Assembly: GCA_031253655.1 (NCBI GenBank)
Contig: JAIRVY010000148.1
Location: forward strand, 2,121-66,120
Source: Bacteroidales bacterium
GTDB taxonomy: Bacteria; Bacteroidota; Bacteroidia; Bacteroidales; WCHB1-69
Length of the DNA: 64,000 bases
Reading direction: 5' to 3'
The first letter of the stretch is position 1. Every line of letters begins with the position of its first letter. A program made the position numbers and the translations under genes. This document shows positions 19,252 to 30,311 of the stretch, one piece after another. Below the pieces are notes generated by a model, which was given only the letters and a program-made list of their open reading frames with translations, had not been told where the DNA came from and did not search any database.

Positions 19252-20283
19252 ATGATTTTGTTTAAACAACGTGTTGCTTTTCTATTAGTTTTTCTCATTC
19301 TGACTTCTTCAGCAATGTTTGGGCAAGATGAGCATTACTCGCAGTTTTACGCCAATCCTGTCTATTTGAATCCCGCTTTTACAGGAACGGCAAATTGTCC
19401 CCGTTTTACATTGAATTTCAGAGATCAGTGGCCCTCTATACCCGGCAATTTTATCAATTGTTCAGGAAGTTACGACCAATTTATCCATCTTATTTCCAGT
19501 GGAATTGGTGTATTGTTTTCTGCAGATATAGAAGGGGGCGGAATATTACAAACCTACCAGGCAAATGCCATCTACAGTTTCAGAGTGCAAGCCGCAGAAA
19601 AATTGAACTTTCAATTTGCTTTGCAGGGAGGTTTTCTGGGCGCTTCATTGAACTGGAGCAAGCTTCAAACTGCCTCTGATTTGCTGAATACCTGGGCGCA
19701 GAATGACTTTCCGCAAGAGATGGAAAACGGACTTGCAAAATCGCAGTTTGATGCGGCATTCGGTTGGATGGGATATACTCCTTATCTCTATTTTGGCATG
19801 GCTATTCATCATTTACTCCCCTTAGAAAAAAGTTTTATTGGACATTTTTCAAACTTCATTAATTCAAAATGGAGCCCCAGATGGACAGCGCACCTTGGAG
19901 GAAAGATTACCTTTAAACAAAAAATAAGAAATAAGGAAAGTTTTGGTGACTTTTTTCTGTATCCCAATATTATTTTTATCAGTCAGGAGAATTTTCATTA
20001 CCTGCACGAAGGGGCCTACTTTAAAATTTACCCGTTTACTATTGGGACATGGATCCGGCACAACTTTAAGAATTTAGATGCTTTTATTTTTTCTTGCGGC
20101 TTGGAATATAATAATTTCCGTTTTGGCTATTCTTACGATTTCAACCTAACCGCGCTGGAACGTACCGGCGGGGCGCACGAGGTTTCCATACAGTATATTA
20201 TTCCCTGCAGCAATGAATTAAGTAATAAGGCACAACAGAAAAAGAAGTTCAGAAACGCAACTTTAGATTGCCCGTGCTATTAG
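19252..20283 (+). CDS. PorP/SprF-family T9SS membrane protein
   Basis: DEHYSQFYANPVYLNPAFTG N-terminal signature; beta-barrel-like sequence. Confidence 0.8.
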   Translation: MILFKQRVAFLLVFLILTSSAMFGQDEHYSQFYANPVYLNPAFTGTANCPRFTLNFRDQWPSIPGNFINCSGSYDQFIHLISSGIGVLFSADIEGGGILQTYQANAIYSFRVQAAEKLNFQFALQGGFLGASLNWSKLQTASDLLNTWAQNDFPQEMENGLAKSQFDAAFGWMGYTPYLYFGMAIHHLLPLEKSFIGHFSNFINSKWSPRWTAHLGGKITFKQKIRNKESFGDFFLYPNIIFISQENFHYLHEGAYFKIYPFTIGTWIRHNFKNLDAFIFSCGLEYNNFRFGYSYDFNLTALERTGGAHEVSIQYIIPCSNELSNKAQQKKKFRNATLDCPCY

Positions 20284-20356
20284 AAAAGAAGAATGTTTTA
20301 CATTTTTTATAATAAAAAATCAATTGCTTCGTTACAAAATATAAATTTTTAAGAAA

Positions 20357-21847
20357 ATGAGAGAATCATCAACAACATTGTGGCTAATTATTATTGCATT
20401 ATGTACTTTTTGGGCATGTAAAAACAACCAACAATCTTCCACTACCGGATGGAAATACAATAATCCCAAACAGGGCGGATTTGAGGTAACTCCCTATATA
20501 GAGCAAGCCACTGGTCCAGGGTTGGTGCTCATCCCCGGCGGCACATTTACTATGGGAAATATGGATCAGGACGTAATGTTCGATTACACCAACATTCCAC
20601 ATAAAGTTTCCATTGCTCCTTTTTATATGGATGAATGCGAAGTAAGTAATCTTGACTATCTGGAATATCTGAACTGGCTGAAAATAGTATTTGTAGATAT
20701 AAAAGAAGGGTTAGAAGGGGTTTACGAAAGAGCACTACCGGATGTTAAAAGTTGGAGGCGTCCTGCTGCTTTTATGGAAGATTGGGTTGAAAACTACTTC
20801 CGCTCGCCCGCATATCGCTATTATCCTGTAATTGGCGTGAGTTGGATTCAAGCCACGCAGTACGCAGAATGGCGCTCCGATCGCGTGAATGAAAAAATAT
20901 TAGCCGATTTGAAACTGGTAGAATGGACTCAAAAACCATCACCTTCGGGACACTTTACTACGGATGCTTACTTGAACTATGAAACCTACGAAATGCAAAG
21001 CGATAAAAGGATGCAATATATAACCACGGGAGATTACCGAAATGTTACTATGGAAGATGGAATACTATTACCCAAATACCGACTACCCACCGAAGCAGAA
21101 TGGGAATATGCCGCACTGGGATTGGTAGGAAATTCTGATGGGGAACAAGTACTTGAAAGATATACGTATCCATGGAACAATAAATCATTACGCTCGGACA
21201 GTAAAGGTAGTTTAGGAAAATTCCAAATGAACTTTAAAAGAGGAAAAGGCGATTATTCAGGCGTGGCTACTATGCCCAACCCCGGAAACATCTTTACTGC
21301 AGACGTAAGAAAAGATATTCCGAACGACTTTGGTTTGTACCACATGGCAGGAAATGTTGCCGAGTGGGTATTGGATGTGTATCGTCCTAGTGGAACTTCA
21401 GAACTTTCTCAATATAACCCATTTAGGGGCAATGTATATATGGAGAAAAAGAGAAATCCCGATGGAACGCTCATGGAAAGAGACAGTATCGGTCGTATTC
21501 CTACGATTATGGAAAGCGATGCAGCAAATGAAAGAAGAAGCAACTACAGGTCTTCCTATAATGTTAACTATAGAGATGGTGATTTACAATCGCTTATCAG
21601 TACAGATGTTGCTAACGCCGACCCCATAAATACTACCGAATATATGTATCGAAAAAATTTGAATACAGCTTATTCCTATTCATTAATAGGAGATAATGTG
21701 AGAGTTATTAAAGGAGGCTCTTGGGCAGATATCCCTTACTGGGCGCAACCCGGAAATAGAAGATTTCTATCAGAAGATGAATCTGCCGACTGGATAGGGT
21801 TTCGTTGTGCAATGTCGCGGCTCGGAGATATTAACTATAAAAAGTAA
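20357..21847 (+). CDS. gldJ: GldJ-like gliding/T9SS lipoprotein (SUMF1/FGE-fold)
   Basis: Lipobox (FWAC), then TGWKYNNPKQGGFEV...GPGLVLIPGGTFTMG...FYMDECEVSN and C-terminal GGSW...GFRC. The gldJ-murF adjacency is as I recall it in Flavobacteriia. Confidence 0.7.
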   Translation: MRESSTTLWLIIIALCTFWACKNNQQSSTTGWKYNNPKQGGFEVTPYIEQATGPGLVLIPGGTFTMGNMDQDVMFDYTNIPHKVSIAPFYMDECEVSNLDYLEYLNWLKIVFVDIKEGLEGVYERALPDVKSWRRPAAFMEDWVENYFRSPAYRYYPVIGVSWIQATQYAEWRSDRVNEKILADLKLVEWTQKPSPSGHFTTDAYLNYETYEMQSDKRMQYITTGDYRNVTMEDGILLPKYRLPTEAEWEYAALGLVGNSDGEQVLERYTYPWNNKSLRSDSKGSLGKFQMNFKRGKGDYSGVATMPNPGNIFTADVRKDIPNDFGLYHMAGNVAEWVLDVYRPSGTSELSQYNPFRGNVYMEKKRNPDGTLMERDSIGRIPTIMESDAANERRSNYRSSYNVNYRDGDLQSLISTDVANADPINTTEYMYRKNLNTAYSYSLIGDNVRVIKGGSWADIPYWAQPGNRRFLSEDESADWIGFRCAMSRLGDINYKK

Positions 21848-21858
21848 TACACTTATCT

Positions 21859-23223
21859 GTGTTTCAAGAACTTAACAATATAGGGGAATTGTACAAACTG
21901 TTTGTGCAATTCCCTTTTGTTTCTACAGATACGAGAAATATAATTCCCAATTCTTTGTTTTTTTGTTTAAAAGGTGAAAAATTTGATGGGAATCAGTTTG
22001 TTGTCGAAGCACTTGAAAAGGGGGCGAGGTACGTAGTAACAGAAAGGAGATTTGAGATGGAAGATTTGCGATTTGAAATGAAAGATTTGAGAAAATTAGA
22101 ACCATCTGATATCGCAAAATCTCATATCGCTTATCGCATTATAGTGGTGGATGATGTGTTGGAGACGCTTCAGCAGTTAGCGGCGTATCATCGCAGGCAG
22201 TTGAAAACTCCAGTGATTGGAATTACTGGAAGCAACGGAAAAACAACTACAAAAGAACTGATAGCCGCAGTTTTATCCAAAAAGTATAAAACTACTTTTA
22301 CACAAGGCAATCTTAACAACCATATTGGCGTACCGCTTACCCTATTATCTACAAAAAAGGATGACGAAATTGCCGTAATAGAGCTGGGAGCAAACCACAC
22401 CGGAGAAATTGAAGAACTCTGCAAAATTGCCCAACCCGATTATGGAATTATTACCAACATTGGAAAAGCGCATTTGGAAGGTTTTGGTACTATTGAAAAT
22501 ATTATTGAAACAAAAACAGCCCTCTACCGCGCAGCCCCTATTCTGTTTGTAAATGCCGAAGATGAACTGCTGACTCATTTTATTAGCCGCCGGTTTCAAC
22601 CGGCGGAACATATAAGACGGGATGGTTTATTTTATTACGGAAAAAATACCGAATATAATGCTGAAATTGTGGAGATGAATCCCTGTTTGGTTATCAATTT
22701 GTTTGGAAATAAAATTCAAACCCAACTACCCGGCAACTACAACCTCCCCAACATTTTGGGAGCGACAGCTATTGGAGATTATTTTGGCATTTCAACACAA
22801 GATATTTGCGATGCTATCGCAGAATATAAACCCCAAAATCAGCGTTCACAGATTATTAAAACCACAAACAATACGATAATTGCCGATTACTACAATGCCA
22901 ACCCCACCAGTATGCAGGCAGCGTTGAACAATTTTATACAAATTGAAACACCCAAAAGATTGGCAATTCTCGGCGATATGCTGGAATTGGGCGAAAACAG
23001 TAAAATAGAGCATAAAAATGTGGTCAATTTTTGTAAAAATAATAGCATCGAAACCCTATTTATCGGTAGTGTATTTCATTCTCTAAAAGAGGAACATTTT
23101 CATTTCTTTATGAACGTTGAGGAATGTAATTATTACTTAAAAAGTCACAGTATTAAAGACAGTTTTATTTTGATTAAAGGCTCTCGCGGAATTCATTTGG
23201 AGGAAATAATATTATCTCTATAG
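21859..23223 (+). CDS. murF: UDP-N-acetylmuramoyl-tripeptide--D-alanyl-D-alanine ligase
   Basis: STDTRNI, GITGSNGKTTTKE P-loop, Mur ligase middle and C domains. Apparent GTG start. Contains a repeat-derived insertion at 22049-22140. Confidence 0.9.
   Translation: MFQELNNIGELYKLFVQFPFVSTDTRNIIPNSLFFCLKGEKFDGNQFVVEALEKGARYVVTERRFEMEDLRFEMKDLRKLEPSDIAKSHIAYRIIVVDDVLETLQQLAAYHRRQLKTPVIGITGSNGKTTTKELIAAVLSKKYKTTFTQGNLNNHIGVPLTLLSTKKDDEIAVIELGANHTGEIEELCKIAQPDYGIITNIGKAHLEGFGTIENIIETKTALYRAAPILFVNAEDELLTHFISRRFQPAEHIRRDGLFYYGKNTEYNAEIVEMNPCLVINLFGNKIQTQLPGNYNLPNILGATAIGDYFGISTQDICDAIAEYKPQNQRSQIIKTTNNTIIADYYNANPTSMQAALNNFIQIETPKRLAILGDMLELGENSKIEHKNVVNFCKNNSIETLFIGSVFHSLKEEHFHFFMNVEECNYYLKSHSIKDSFILIKGSRGIHLEEIILSL
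22049..22097. repeat. Imperfect heptamer tandem array (GATTTGA family) inside murF
   Basis: gatttga gatggaa gatttgc gatttga aatgaaa gatttga gaaaatt. Translated as RFEMEDLRFEMKDLRK (7-aa period). Confidence 0.8.
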
Positions 23224-23330
23224 AAAATCACCCTCCCGCCTGCTTTAACTTCTTAACTCCTAAATTTTTATTTTTCAGTGTGTAATTTTGAGAATTTTAT
23301 GTTTCTTTGCAGATTGTATATATACTATCA

Positions 23331-26300
23331 ATGTATAAAAAAGTAATTAAAAGGATTCTAAAAATTTTCCTCTGGTTCATAGGAATCATTATTACCCTTG
23401 ACCTCCTTTTGGTTACGCTGATACTTATTCCTCCCATTCAACAATTTACACTGCTGAAGGCATCAAGATTTCTCACAAACATTACCGGTGGAGAGATTAC
23501 CATTAATAAAATTTACCTCTCACCTACCCTGATACTCAATGCAAAAAATGTTGCCATCAAAGACCATCATGGGAATAATATGATTTTTGCCTCAAAACTA
23601 AAAGGCAGAATAAATTATGCCCAAACAGGCAAAGGAAGAATTACTTTATCCTTTGCAAAACTTGACGAGGGGGAAGTGGTTTTACGAAAATACTCCGGAG
23701 AAGAGAGCGTAAATATCGCCATTTGGGCGAAAGGATTTATAAAGGATGTTAATAAAGACCCTACATTTAAACTGTTGTTTGAAAATATAAATCTGGAGGA
23801 TGTTCGTTTTGCTTTGATTCTTGACGACAAAAGATTGTACAAAGAGGATAATACCATTGATTATGGTTACTTTGAACTGCAGCATATTCGTCTCAATGTG
23901 GAGAATTTTTTAGTATTTGGTCCAGATATTTCCTGCAAAATAAATTCTCTCACGCTGTCGCAGTACACCGGTTTTGAAATTTCAAATTTTACGGGAGATT
24001 TTCGTATCCATTCCCAGGGATTAACATTAAACGACTTGCATTTTTCTACGCCAAATAGTATCTTTTCCGGTGATTTTGCTTTCAGATACAACGATTTTCC
24101 AGACTATGCCGATTTTGTAAACAATATCTATTTTGATACCCAAATTAAAAGTGCAAGTATTGATTTTAAAGATATTACTTACTTTGCCCCTGCTATTGAA
24201 GGGATGGATAATACGCTCGTTGCATCCGGATATATTGGCGGTACTGTAAACCACCTTCAAACCAAAGATATCTATTTCAAATACAACACCCAAACGTATA
24301 TTACCGGAGATTTTTCCATTAAAGATGTGATTGATTTCAAAAATAGCAGTTGGAATATGTGGATAAAAAACTCAAATATTAACCTCTCCGACCTTACTCA
24401 ATTCAAACTACCGAAAGGAAAAACTTTATCTTTTTCCGAAACAATTCGAAAAATTAACTATTCTAAAATTTGCGGATTTTTTAACGGGACTTTAACGAAT
24501 TTTATTACCAATCTTGAGGCTGAAACCAATTTGGGAAAGGTGGAGTGTTCGGTAAATACTACGTCCCAAAATAACAATATCTATTACACTGGAGGAGTTG
24601 CCTGTAAAAAATTAAACATCGCAAAACTATTAAACCAGCCTGAATATTTGAATCAAATTGACTTAAAAAGTTCTTTTGAAGGAGAAGCAAATTTGGACGA
24701 TGGTATTACAGGGTTATTTTCTTCTATGGCAATTAAAGTTCGAGGGGCTATTTCTGATGTAGATATTTTAGGTTATCCGGTGAAAGATGTTAATTTTTCG
24801 GGTAATTACAACAAAAAGAATCTCAATCTGGCGCTACAATGCGCTGATTCGATTATTTCGTTTAAAGTAAAAGGAAATCTTAATTTTACCAATGGTGTTC
24901 CCAATATCGAAACAACATTAACAAAAGCAAATATTAAACTTTATGACCTTATTGCTCATTATCCTCATAAAATTGATTCTGCCACCGCTCAAGGATTTGA
25001 AGCCGTTATTTTGAAAATTAAACATATACCTAATTTAGAACTTGTTATGGATTCCATTACCCTGGTGATGAGAGGAAACAACTTTGATAATTTTAACGGT
25101 TATTTGGGTATTGATAATGCGAAACTTACTAATGGCGTGAAAGCTTCACGAATCGACTGGTTTCGCTTAAATGCCATGAACCCGCCTAACTCTCCGCATC
25201 AATATATCGTCCATTCCAACGCGGTTAATCTGTCGCTGAAAACGAATTATGATTTCCAAGATGTTAAATCTGTTTTTATTAATGCTGCATATCATTATCT
25301 TCCGAGATTGTTTGACAAGAACGGAACGTTTGCTGCTGAACACGAAATAAATTCCACCCATCCCAACCCTTTTCTTGATCTCGATATTCAATTGTTTTAT
25401 TCCAGAAATCTTTTCGAACTGATTCTTCCAAAATTAGATATTTCAAGAAATACAACCGCTCTTGTTCATTTTGGAAAAACTAAAAAAGAACATAATATCC
25501 AAATTTATTCTCCCCAAATCATTTACTCAGGATTGGGAAAGGTAAACAATCTAACACTCTTCGGTGCACCGGATGAACAACAATATTTAGTTTTTGAATT
25601 GAAATGCGACTCTTTAATTACGTATCAGAAAGCAGAACATCTCTCTTTTTCCAAAATAAGCATTCAAACAAAGAATAACAATGAAGAAGTGAGGTTTAAC
25701 CTGGGATGGAAAAATCCCAAATCAATATCAATTAGCGAATTAAATAACCTAAGCGGCTTTTTTTGGCTAGACTCTGTAAATAACGCTACCCTCAAAATTA
25801 ATGATTCAAAGATCTTTCTTCGAGAATCGCTGTGGCAATTTACCGGCGAAAAAAACACACTGAAATTTGGGGATAGAGGCTACTTCTTCGATAACTGTGT
25901 GTTATCATCCACATTAGGAAAACTAAGTATTAATGGCGAAGTGTCAAGGTATTCCGATAAGGAGTGTAATATTCTTTTAGAAGACTTTGATATTTCATTA
26001 TTAAATAATATCACCGCAACTAAAGGGTTTAGTTTTGGGGGAGATATGGTGCTCGATGCTAAAATTGCCGCCAAAAATGAGAAAATTTTGGTTGACGGAA
26101 AAGTCTTAGTGAAAGGATTTATTTTTAACGAAGAAACTTTTGGCAATCTGTTTTTGGATGCCACTATTTTGAATCAGGATAATCTTTATTTTTTCGGCGG
26201 GATATTACCCAATACCGATAATCCTGTTTATCTTTCAACGTTTTCCTATATCGATTATTTCACGCTCCAAAATAGAAATATAGATTTAAACGGGAATTAT

Positions 26301-27923
26301 AATGTCAAACAGAAAGAACTTAGAGTTCAAGCGATGATGGACACTTTGAGAATCGGTTTTTTGTCTCCTTTTTTAGCTTCATTTAGCAATTCAGTAACAG
26401 GTTATGCTTCGGGCCAATTGAACTTTGTAATGAATCCCGATTCACTATATTTCGATGGTAAAGTAAACGTGAAAGAAGCACAATTAGGTATTACTCCGCT
26501 TAATACCAACTATTATCTCACCAACCAGGAGATTCTTTTCAACCGCGAGGGAATTAGTTTTAACAATGTGGTTTTCAAAGACAAATTTAACAACGAAGCC
26601 AAACTGTCGGGAACAGTACACCACAAAAAATTCAAAGATTTTAATATTGATTTAAACATCTCTGCACCGAAAATTTTAGCGATGAATACAAAAAGAAGCA
26701 TGGATGATTCCTTTTTTGGAGATGGAATAGTTTCGGGTGATATTTCCATAAAAGGAGATACCAAACAACTCAACTTTACCAGTCACAATATTAGAACTTT
26801 GCCCGGCTCTATCATTACATTTCCTTTATCCTCTGCAAGTTCCGTATCTACATCGAGAGGAATCTATTTTATTCAAAGTAGCACATCGCAAAATAAAAGT
26901 GCCGAAAAAGTAAAACCATCCTCCACAGTGATGAATTTCGACTTTACATTTGATATTACCAAAGATGCTGACGTGGTATTGGATGTTGATCCTATTGATG
27001 GAGTGTTGCGTTGTAAAACAACCGGCAAATTGCATTTAACCTACAACACTTTCACAGATATTTTAGACCTTGACGGCATTCTCTCCATCGTAAGTGGCAA
27101 ATTTCACATGTCGTTAAGAAATTTCTTCCCTAAAGATTTTGCCATTGTAGAGGGAGGCACCATCTCTTTTATAGGTCCACTTACTTCCGCACAAATCAAT
27201 GTTCAGGCACTTTACCAAAAAGCATCTTCACTCAATTCTTTAAGCCCAAATCTAACTTATATTGGACGTACGGAGGTTTCGGCATATTTAGGATTGAACG
27301 GAAATTTAATGAATCCAACTCCAAATTTCATTTTCGCCTTTCCAAGATTAACTAACGATGACTTGTTTAATGTTTTTGCTTTATTAGACACGACAAACAC
27401 TCAAAATACTATCCGGCAATTTTTTACTTTTGTTTTCTTGAATACATTTATTGCCACAGAGTCGGGTACATTCGACCCACAAAATACTATTAATACAGGA
27501 GCGGGCTTTGTATCCGGGATGCTTTCTTCTTTTATTTCCAATCAAATTAATAATTTTAGTTTGGGATTTAATATCGACAAACAGGATAACTACCAGGAAT
27601 ATTCTGTGAATGCCCGTGCACAATTTTACAACAACCGAATTGAAATCAAGGTGGGCTTGGGGTATGCCGAAAACAGTGCCGCGAATTTTGATAACAATAA
27701 TAACGTGGTTGGCGATGTGAGCATTGAGTATCTATTGAATCCGGACGGAAACTGGCGCATCAGAGCTTTCTATTTTAACGATAAAACCGGTACTGTTGAT
27801 AACATCTGGAGGCCGCAACAAGGAGGAGGTGTGGGGATTACTTTCCAGCAGGAGTTTGATAACCGGAAAGACTTTTCAAAAAACTGGTCACCGAAGAAGG
27901 TAAATACTAAACAAAAAAAATAA
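23331..27923 (+). CDS. TamB-like translocation/assembly module protein (start moved to ATG 23331)
   Basis: N-terminal TM anchor, ~1500 aa beta-rich protein, C-terminal DUF490-like region. The track start at 23307 is TTG. Confidence 0.65.
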   Translation: MYKKVIKRILKIFLWFIGIIITLDLLLVTLILIPPIQQFTLLKASRFLTNITGGEITINKIYLSPTLILNAKNVAIKDHHGNNMIFASKLKGRINYAQTGKGRITLSFAKLDEGEVVLRKYSGEESVNIAIWAKGFIKDVNKDPTFKLLFENINLEDVRFALILDDKRLYKEDNTIDYGYFELQHIRLNVENFLVFGPDISCKINSLTLSQYTGFEISNFTGDFRIHSQGLTLNDLHFSTPNSIFSGDFAFRYNDFPDYADFVNNIYFDTQIKSASIDFKDITYFAPAIEGMDNTLVASGYIGGTVNHLQTKDIYFKYNTQTYITGDFSIKDVIDFKNSSWNMWIKNSNINLSDLTQFKLPKGKTLSFSETIRKINYSKICGFFNGTLTNFITNLEAETNLGKVECSVNTTSQNNNIYYTGGVACKKLNIAKLLNQPEYLNQIDLKSSFEGEANLDDGITGLFSSMAIKVRGAISDVDILGYPVKDVNFSGNYNKKNLNLALQCADSIISFKVKGNLNFTNGVPNIETTLTKANIKLYDLIAHYPHKIDSATAQGFEAVILKIKHIPNLELVMDSITLVMRGNNFDNFNGYLGIDNAKLTNGVKASRIDWFRLNAMNPPNSPHQYIVHSNAVNLSLKTNYDFQDVKSVFINAAYHYLPRLFDKNGTFAAEHEINSTHPNPFLDLDIQLFYSRNLFELILPKLDISRNTTALVHFGKTKKEHNIQIYSPQIIYSGLGKVNNLTLFGAPDEQQYLVFELKCDSLITYQKAEHLSFSKISIQTKNNNEEVRFNLGWKNPKSISISELNNLSGFFWLDSVNNATLKINDSKIFLRESLWQFTGEKNTLKFGDRGYFFDNCVLSSTLGKLSINGEVSRYSDKECNILLEDFDISLLNNITATKGFSFGGDMVLDAKIAAKNEKILVDGKVLVKGFIFNEETFGNLFLDATILNQDNLYFFGGILPNTDNPVYLSTFSYIDYFTLQNRNIDLNGNYNVKQKELRVQAMMDTLRIGFLSPFLASFSNSVTGYASGQLNFVMNPDSLYFDGKVNVKEAQLGITPLNTNYYLTNQEILFNREGISFNNVVFKDKFNNEAKLSGTVHHKKFKDFNIDLNISAPKILAMNTKRSMDDSFFGDGIVSGDISIKGDTKQLNFTSHNIRTLPGSIITFPLSSASSVSTSRGIYFIQSSTSQNKSAEKVKPSSTVMNFDFTFDITKDADVVLDVDPIDGVLRCKTTGKLHLTYNTFTDILDLDGILSIVSGKFHMSLRNFFPKDFAIVEGGTISFIGPLTSAQINVQALYQKASSLNSLSPNLTYIGRTEVSAYLGLNGNLMNPTPNFIFAFPRLTNDDLFNVFALLDTTNTQNTIRQFFTFVFLNTFIATESGTFDPQNTINTGAGFVSGMLSSFISNQINNFSLGFNIDKQDNYQEYSVNARAQFYNNRIEIKVGLGYAENSAANFDNNNNVVGDVSIEYLLNPDGNWRIRAFYFNDKTGTVDNIWRPQQGGGVGITFQQEFDNRKDFSKNWSPKKVNTKQKK

Positions 27924-27932
27924 CCATATTCT

Positions 27933-29027
27933 ATGAATAACAAAAATTTTTTCACCATTATTGCTTTTTTAGGGGTCTTAATCTTCTTAGGATACTTGTT
28001 TTCTAATATTCTCATATTTATATTGTTAGCAATCATTTTTGCCGCGGTAGGTTCCCCTCTGATGCAATTGTTGCAAAAAATAAAAATTAAAAACACAACC
28101 TGTTCTTCCTCCCTTGCCGCATCCATTACTCTCCTGGTACTACTTGGAATAATATCGCTGATTCTCTATATTTTAATTCCTTTCGTAGTCAAAGAGATTG
28201 AATTTGTTTCTTCCATAGACCCAACACTTTATACATTAGCCATTGAGAACTGGTTGCATCAGGCAGATAAATTATTATATGAATATGGCCTATTGAATGA
28301 CAATGAACATCTGGGCGACCTTCTTTTAGCTCAAATGAAATCTACTTTAGGCTCCATTAGTGTGTCCGGCATTATGGGGAATATAATATCCTTTGCCGCT
28401 GCACTCTTTATTTTACTCTTCTCCGTAATATTTCTATCCTTCTACGCATTGAAAGATAAAGAGTTCTTTTTCAAGATGATACGCAGCGCTATTCCTGTAA
28501 CTTTCAGAGAAAATTATGACCGAATTATTACTCAAACAAGAGTTCAAGTGGCACGTTATTTTAATGCGGTATTGCTAGACAATATTATTCTGGGAACTGC
28601 CATTGGCATTGCCTGCTATTTTGCAAAAGTACCCAATGCTTTGTTAATAGGTGTTTTAGCCGGAATTTTTAATATTATCCCGTATATTGGTCCTTTTATT
28701 GCCATGGGGCTGGGATTAGTCGTCTCTATTACTTCTCTTCTGCCAACCAACCCTTCGGCAGAGGTTCTTTCTTTACTTTTCTGGAAAATGGCAATCATTT
28801 TTACTGTGTTAAAAGCTCTAGATACATTTGTGTTGACCCCTGTAATCTTCGGGAAAAGCATCAAGGTGCACCCTGTTGAAATTTTTATCGTCATACTGCT
28901 GGCAGGATATCTGGGAGGAATCATAGGAATGATATTTGCCGTTCCCGCTTACTCGATGATAAGAATTGTGGTTAATGAATTTTTTGGTAATTATTATTCC
29001 ATTGAGAAGAATGAAGGAAAAAGTTAG
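27933..29027 (+). CDS. AI-2E (PerM/UPF0118) family transporter
   Basis: Polytopic membrane protein with the NIIPYIGPFI motif characteristic of the family. Confidence 0.8.
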   Translation: MNNKNFFTIIAFLGVLIFLGYLFSNILIFILLAIIFAAVGSPLMQLLQKIKIKNTTCSSSLAASITLLVLLGIISLILYILIPFVVKEIEFVSSIDPTLYTLAIENWLHQADKLLYEYGLLNDNEHLGDLLLAQMKSTLGSISVSGIMGNIISFAAALFILLFSVIFLSFYALKDKEFFFKMIRSAIPVTFRENYDRIITQTRVQVARYFNAVLLDNIILGTAIGIACYFAKVPNALLIGVLAGIFNIIPYIGPFIAMGLGLVVSITSLLPTNPSAEVLSLLFWKMAIIFTVLKALDTFVLTPVIFGKSIKVHPVEIFIVILLAGYLGGIIGMIFAVPAYSMIRIVVNEFFGNYYSIEKNEGKS

Positions 29028-29032
29028 AAAAT

Positions 29033-30277
29033 ATGTTTGATTTAGATAAATTTCAGGAGATTTGGCAAACCATTACCCGTAATAAAACAAGGAGTTTTCT
29101 CACGGCATTTGGCGTTTTCTGGGGTATGTTTATGTTCATCGGAATGCTGGGAATTGGACAGGGGTTTGAAAATGGAATGAAAAGAGCAGTAAGTAATGTG
29201 GCTACTAATTCTATGTTCGTCATTGCACGCACCACAACTATTGAATATAAAGGATTTAACGCCGGAAGATATTGGGATATGTCACAAGATGATATTGATA
29301 TTTTGGAAAGAGAAATCCCTGAAATAAAAACCATTACCGGAATGACTATGTATGGAAGTCACAAAGCATCCTTTAATGATAAAAACTGCGAAGTTTCTGT
29401 ACAAGGCATCGATTATTTATATTATCAAATTGACAATCAAGATATAACATCAGGAAGAGGGATAAGTTTTTTGGATGTGGCGGAGAAACGAAAGGTGTGT
29501 GTATTAGGGAATGGTGCCGCCGACCAACTATTTCCGCAGGGAGAAGACCCCGTTGGAAAAATGATTAAAGTGGGACCGGTATATTTCACGATTATAGGCA
29601 TTGTGAAACCCCGTGGAAATATTAATTTCGGTGGCGATGCCCGTACTACCACTTTTATCCCCACCTCTACGGCACAGCAATTAAGAGGCGGCGGAAAAGT
29701 AGTAGATATTATTGCCATAGCAGTTCCTGACAACATAAAAATTAAGAAAATAGAGGATAAAGTGAGAAATATCTTACGTATTAAACACCTCATCTCTCCT
29801 TTGGATAACAACGCGGTAATGATTCTTAATATCCAGGAAATGTTTTTAATGTTCAACTATCTGTTTATAGGCATTGCATCTCTCATCTGGATTGTAGGTA
29901 TGGGAACTTTATTTGCCGGCGTTGTAGGAATCAGCAATATTATGTTGGTAACCGTGAAGGAAAGAACCAACGAAATCGGCATAAAAAGGGCGCTTGGGGC
30001 TAAACCAAAAGTAATTACCCGACAAATAATGATGGAGAGTTTGACCCTTACTTTTATCGCTGGATTTATGGGTATGTTTTTCGGTATTCTGGTACTTGTC
30101 TCAACCGAACAGATTACTCAGTCCTCAGACAGTATGTTTACTAACCCAACTATTTCATTTACAATTGCAATCGTGGGTACTATAATCATTGTTTTATCCG
30201 GTTTGATTGCCGGTATCATACCCGCTAAAAACGCTATGCGTATTAAAGCGATAGATGCACTAAGAGACGAAAAATAA
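29033..30277 (+). CDS. ABC transporter permease, MacB/FtsX type
   Basis: N-terminal TM, periplasmic MacB-like domain, then the FtsX 3-TM bundle with ERTNEIGIKRALGAK. Confidence 0.8.
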   Translation: MFDLDKFQEIWQTITRNKTRSFLTAFGVFWGMFMFIGMLGIGQGFENGMKRAVSNVATNSMFVIARTTTIEYKGFNAGRYWDMSQDDIDILEREIPEIKTITGMTMYGSHKASFNDKNCEVSVQGIDYLYYQIDNQDITSGRGISFLDVAEKRKVCVLGNGAADQLFPQGEDPVGKMIKVGPVYFTIIGIVKPRGNINFGGDARTTTFIPTSTAQQLRGGGKVVDIIAIAVPDNIKIKKIEDKVRNILRIKHLISPLDNNAVMILNIQEMFLMFNYLFIGIASLIWIVGMGTLFAGVVGISNIMLVTVKERTNEIGIKRALGAKPKVITRQIMMESLTLTFIAGFMGMFFGILVLVSTEQITQSSDSMFTNPTISFTIAIVGTIIIVLSGLIAGIIPAKNAMRIKAIDALRDEK

Positions 30278-30311
30278 TCAATTATTAATAAAAAATAAGA
30301 ATTATAAGAAT

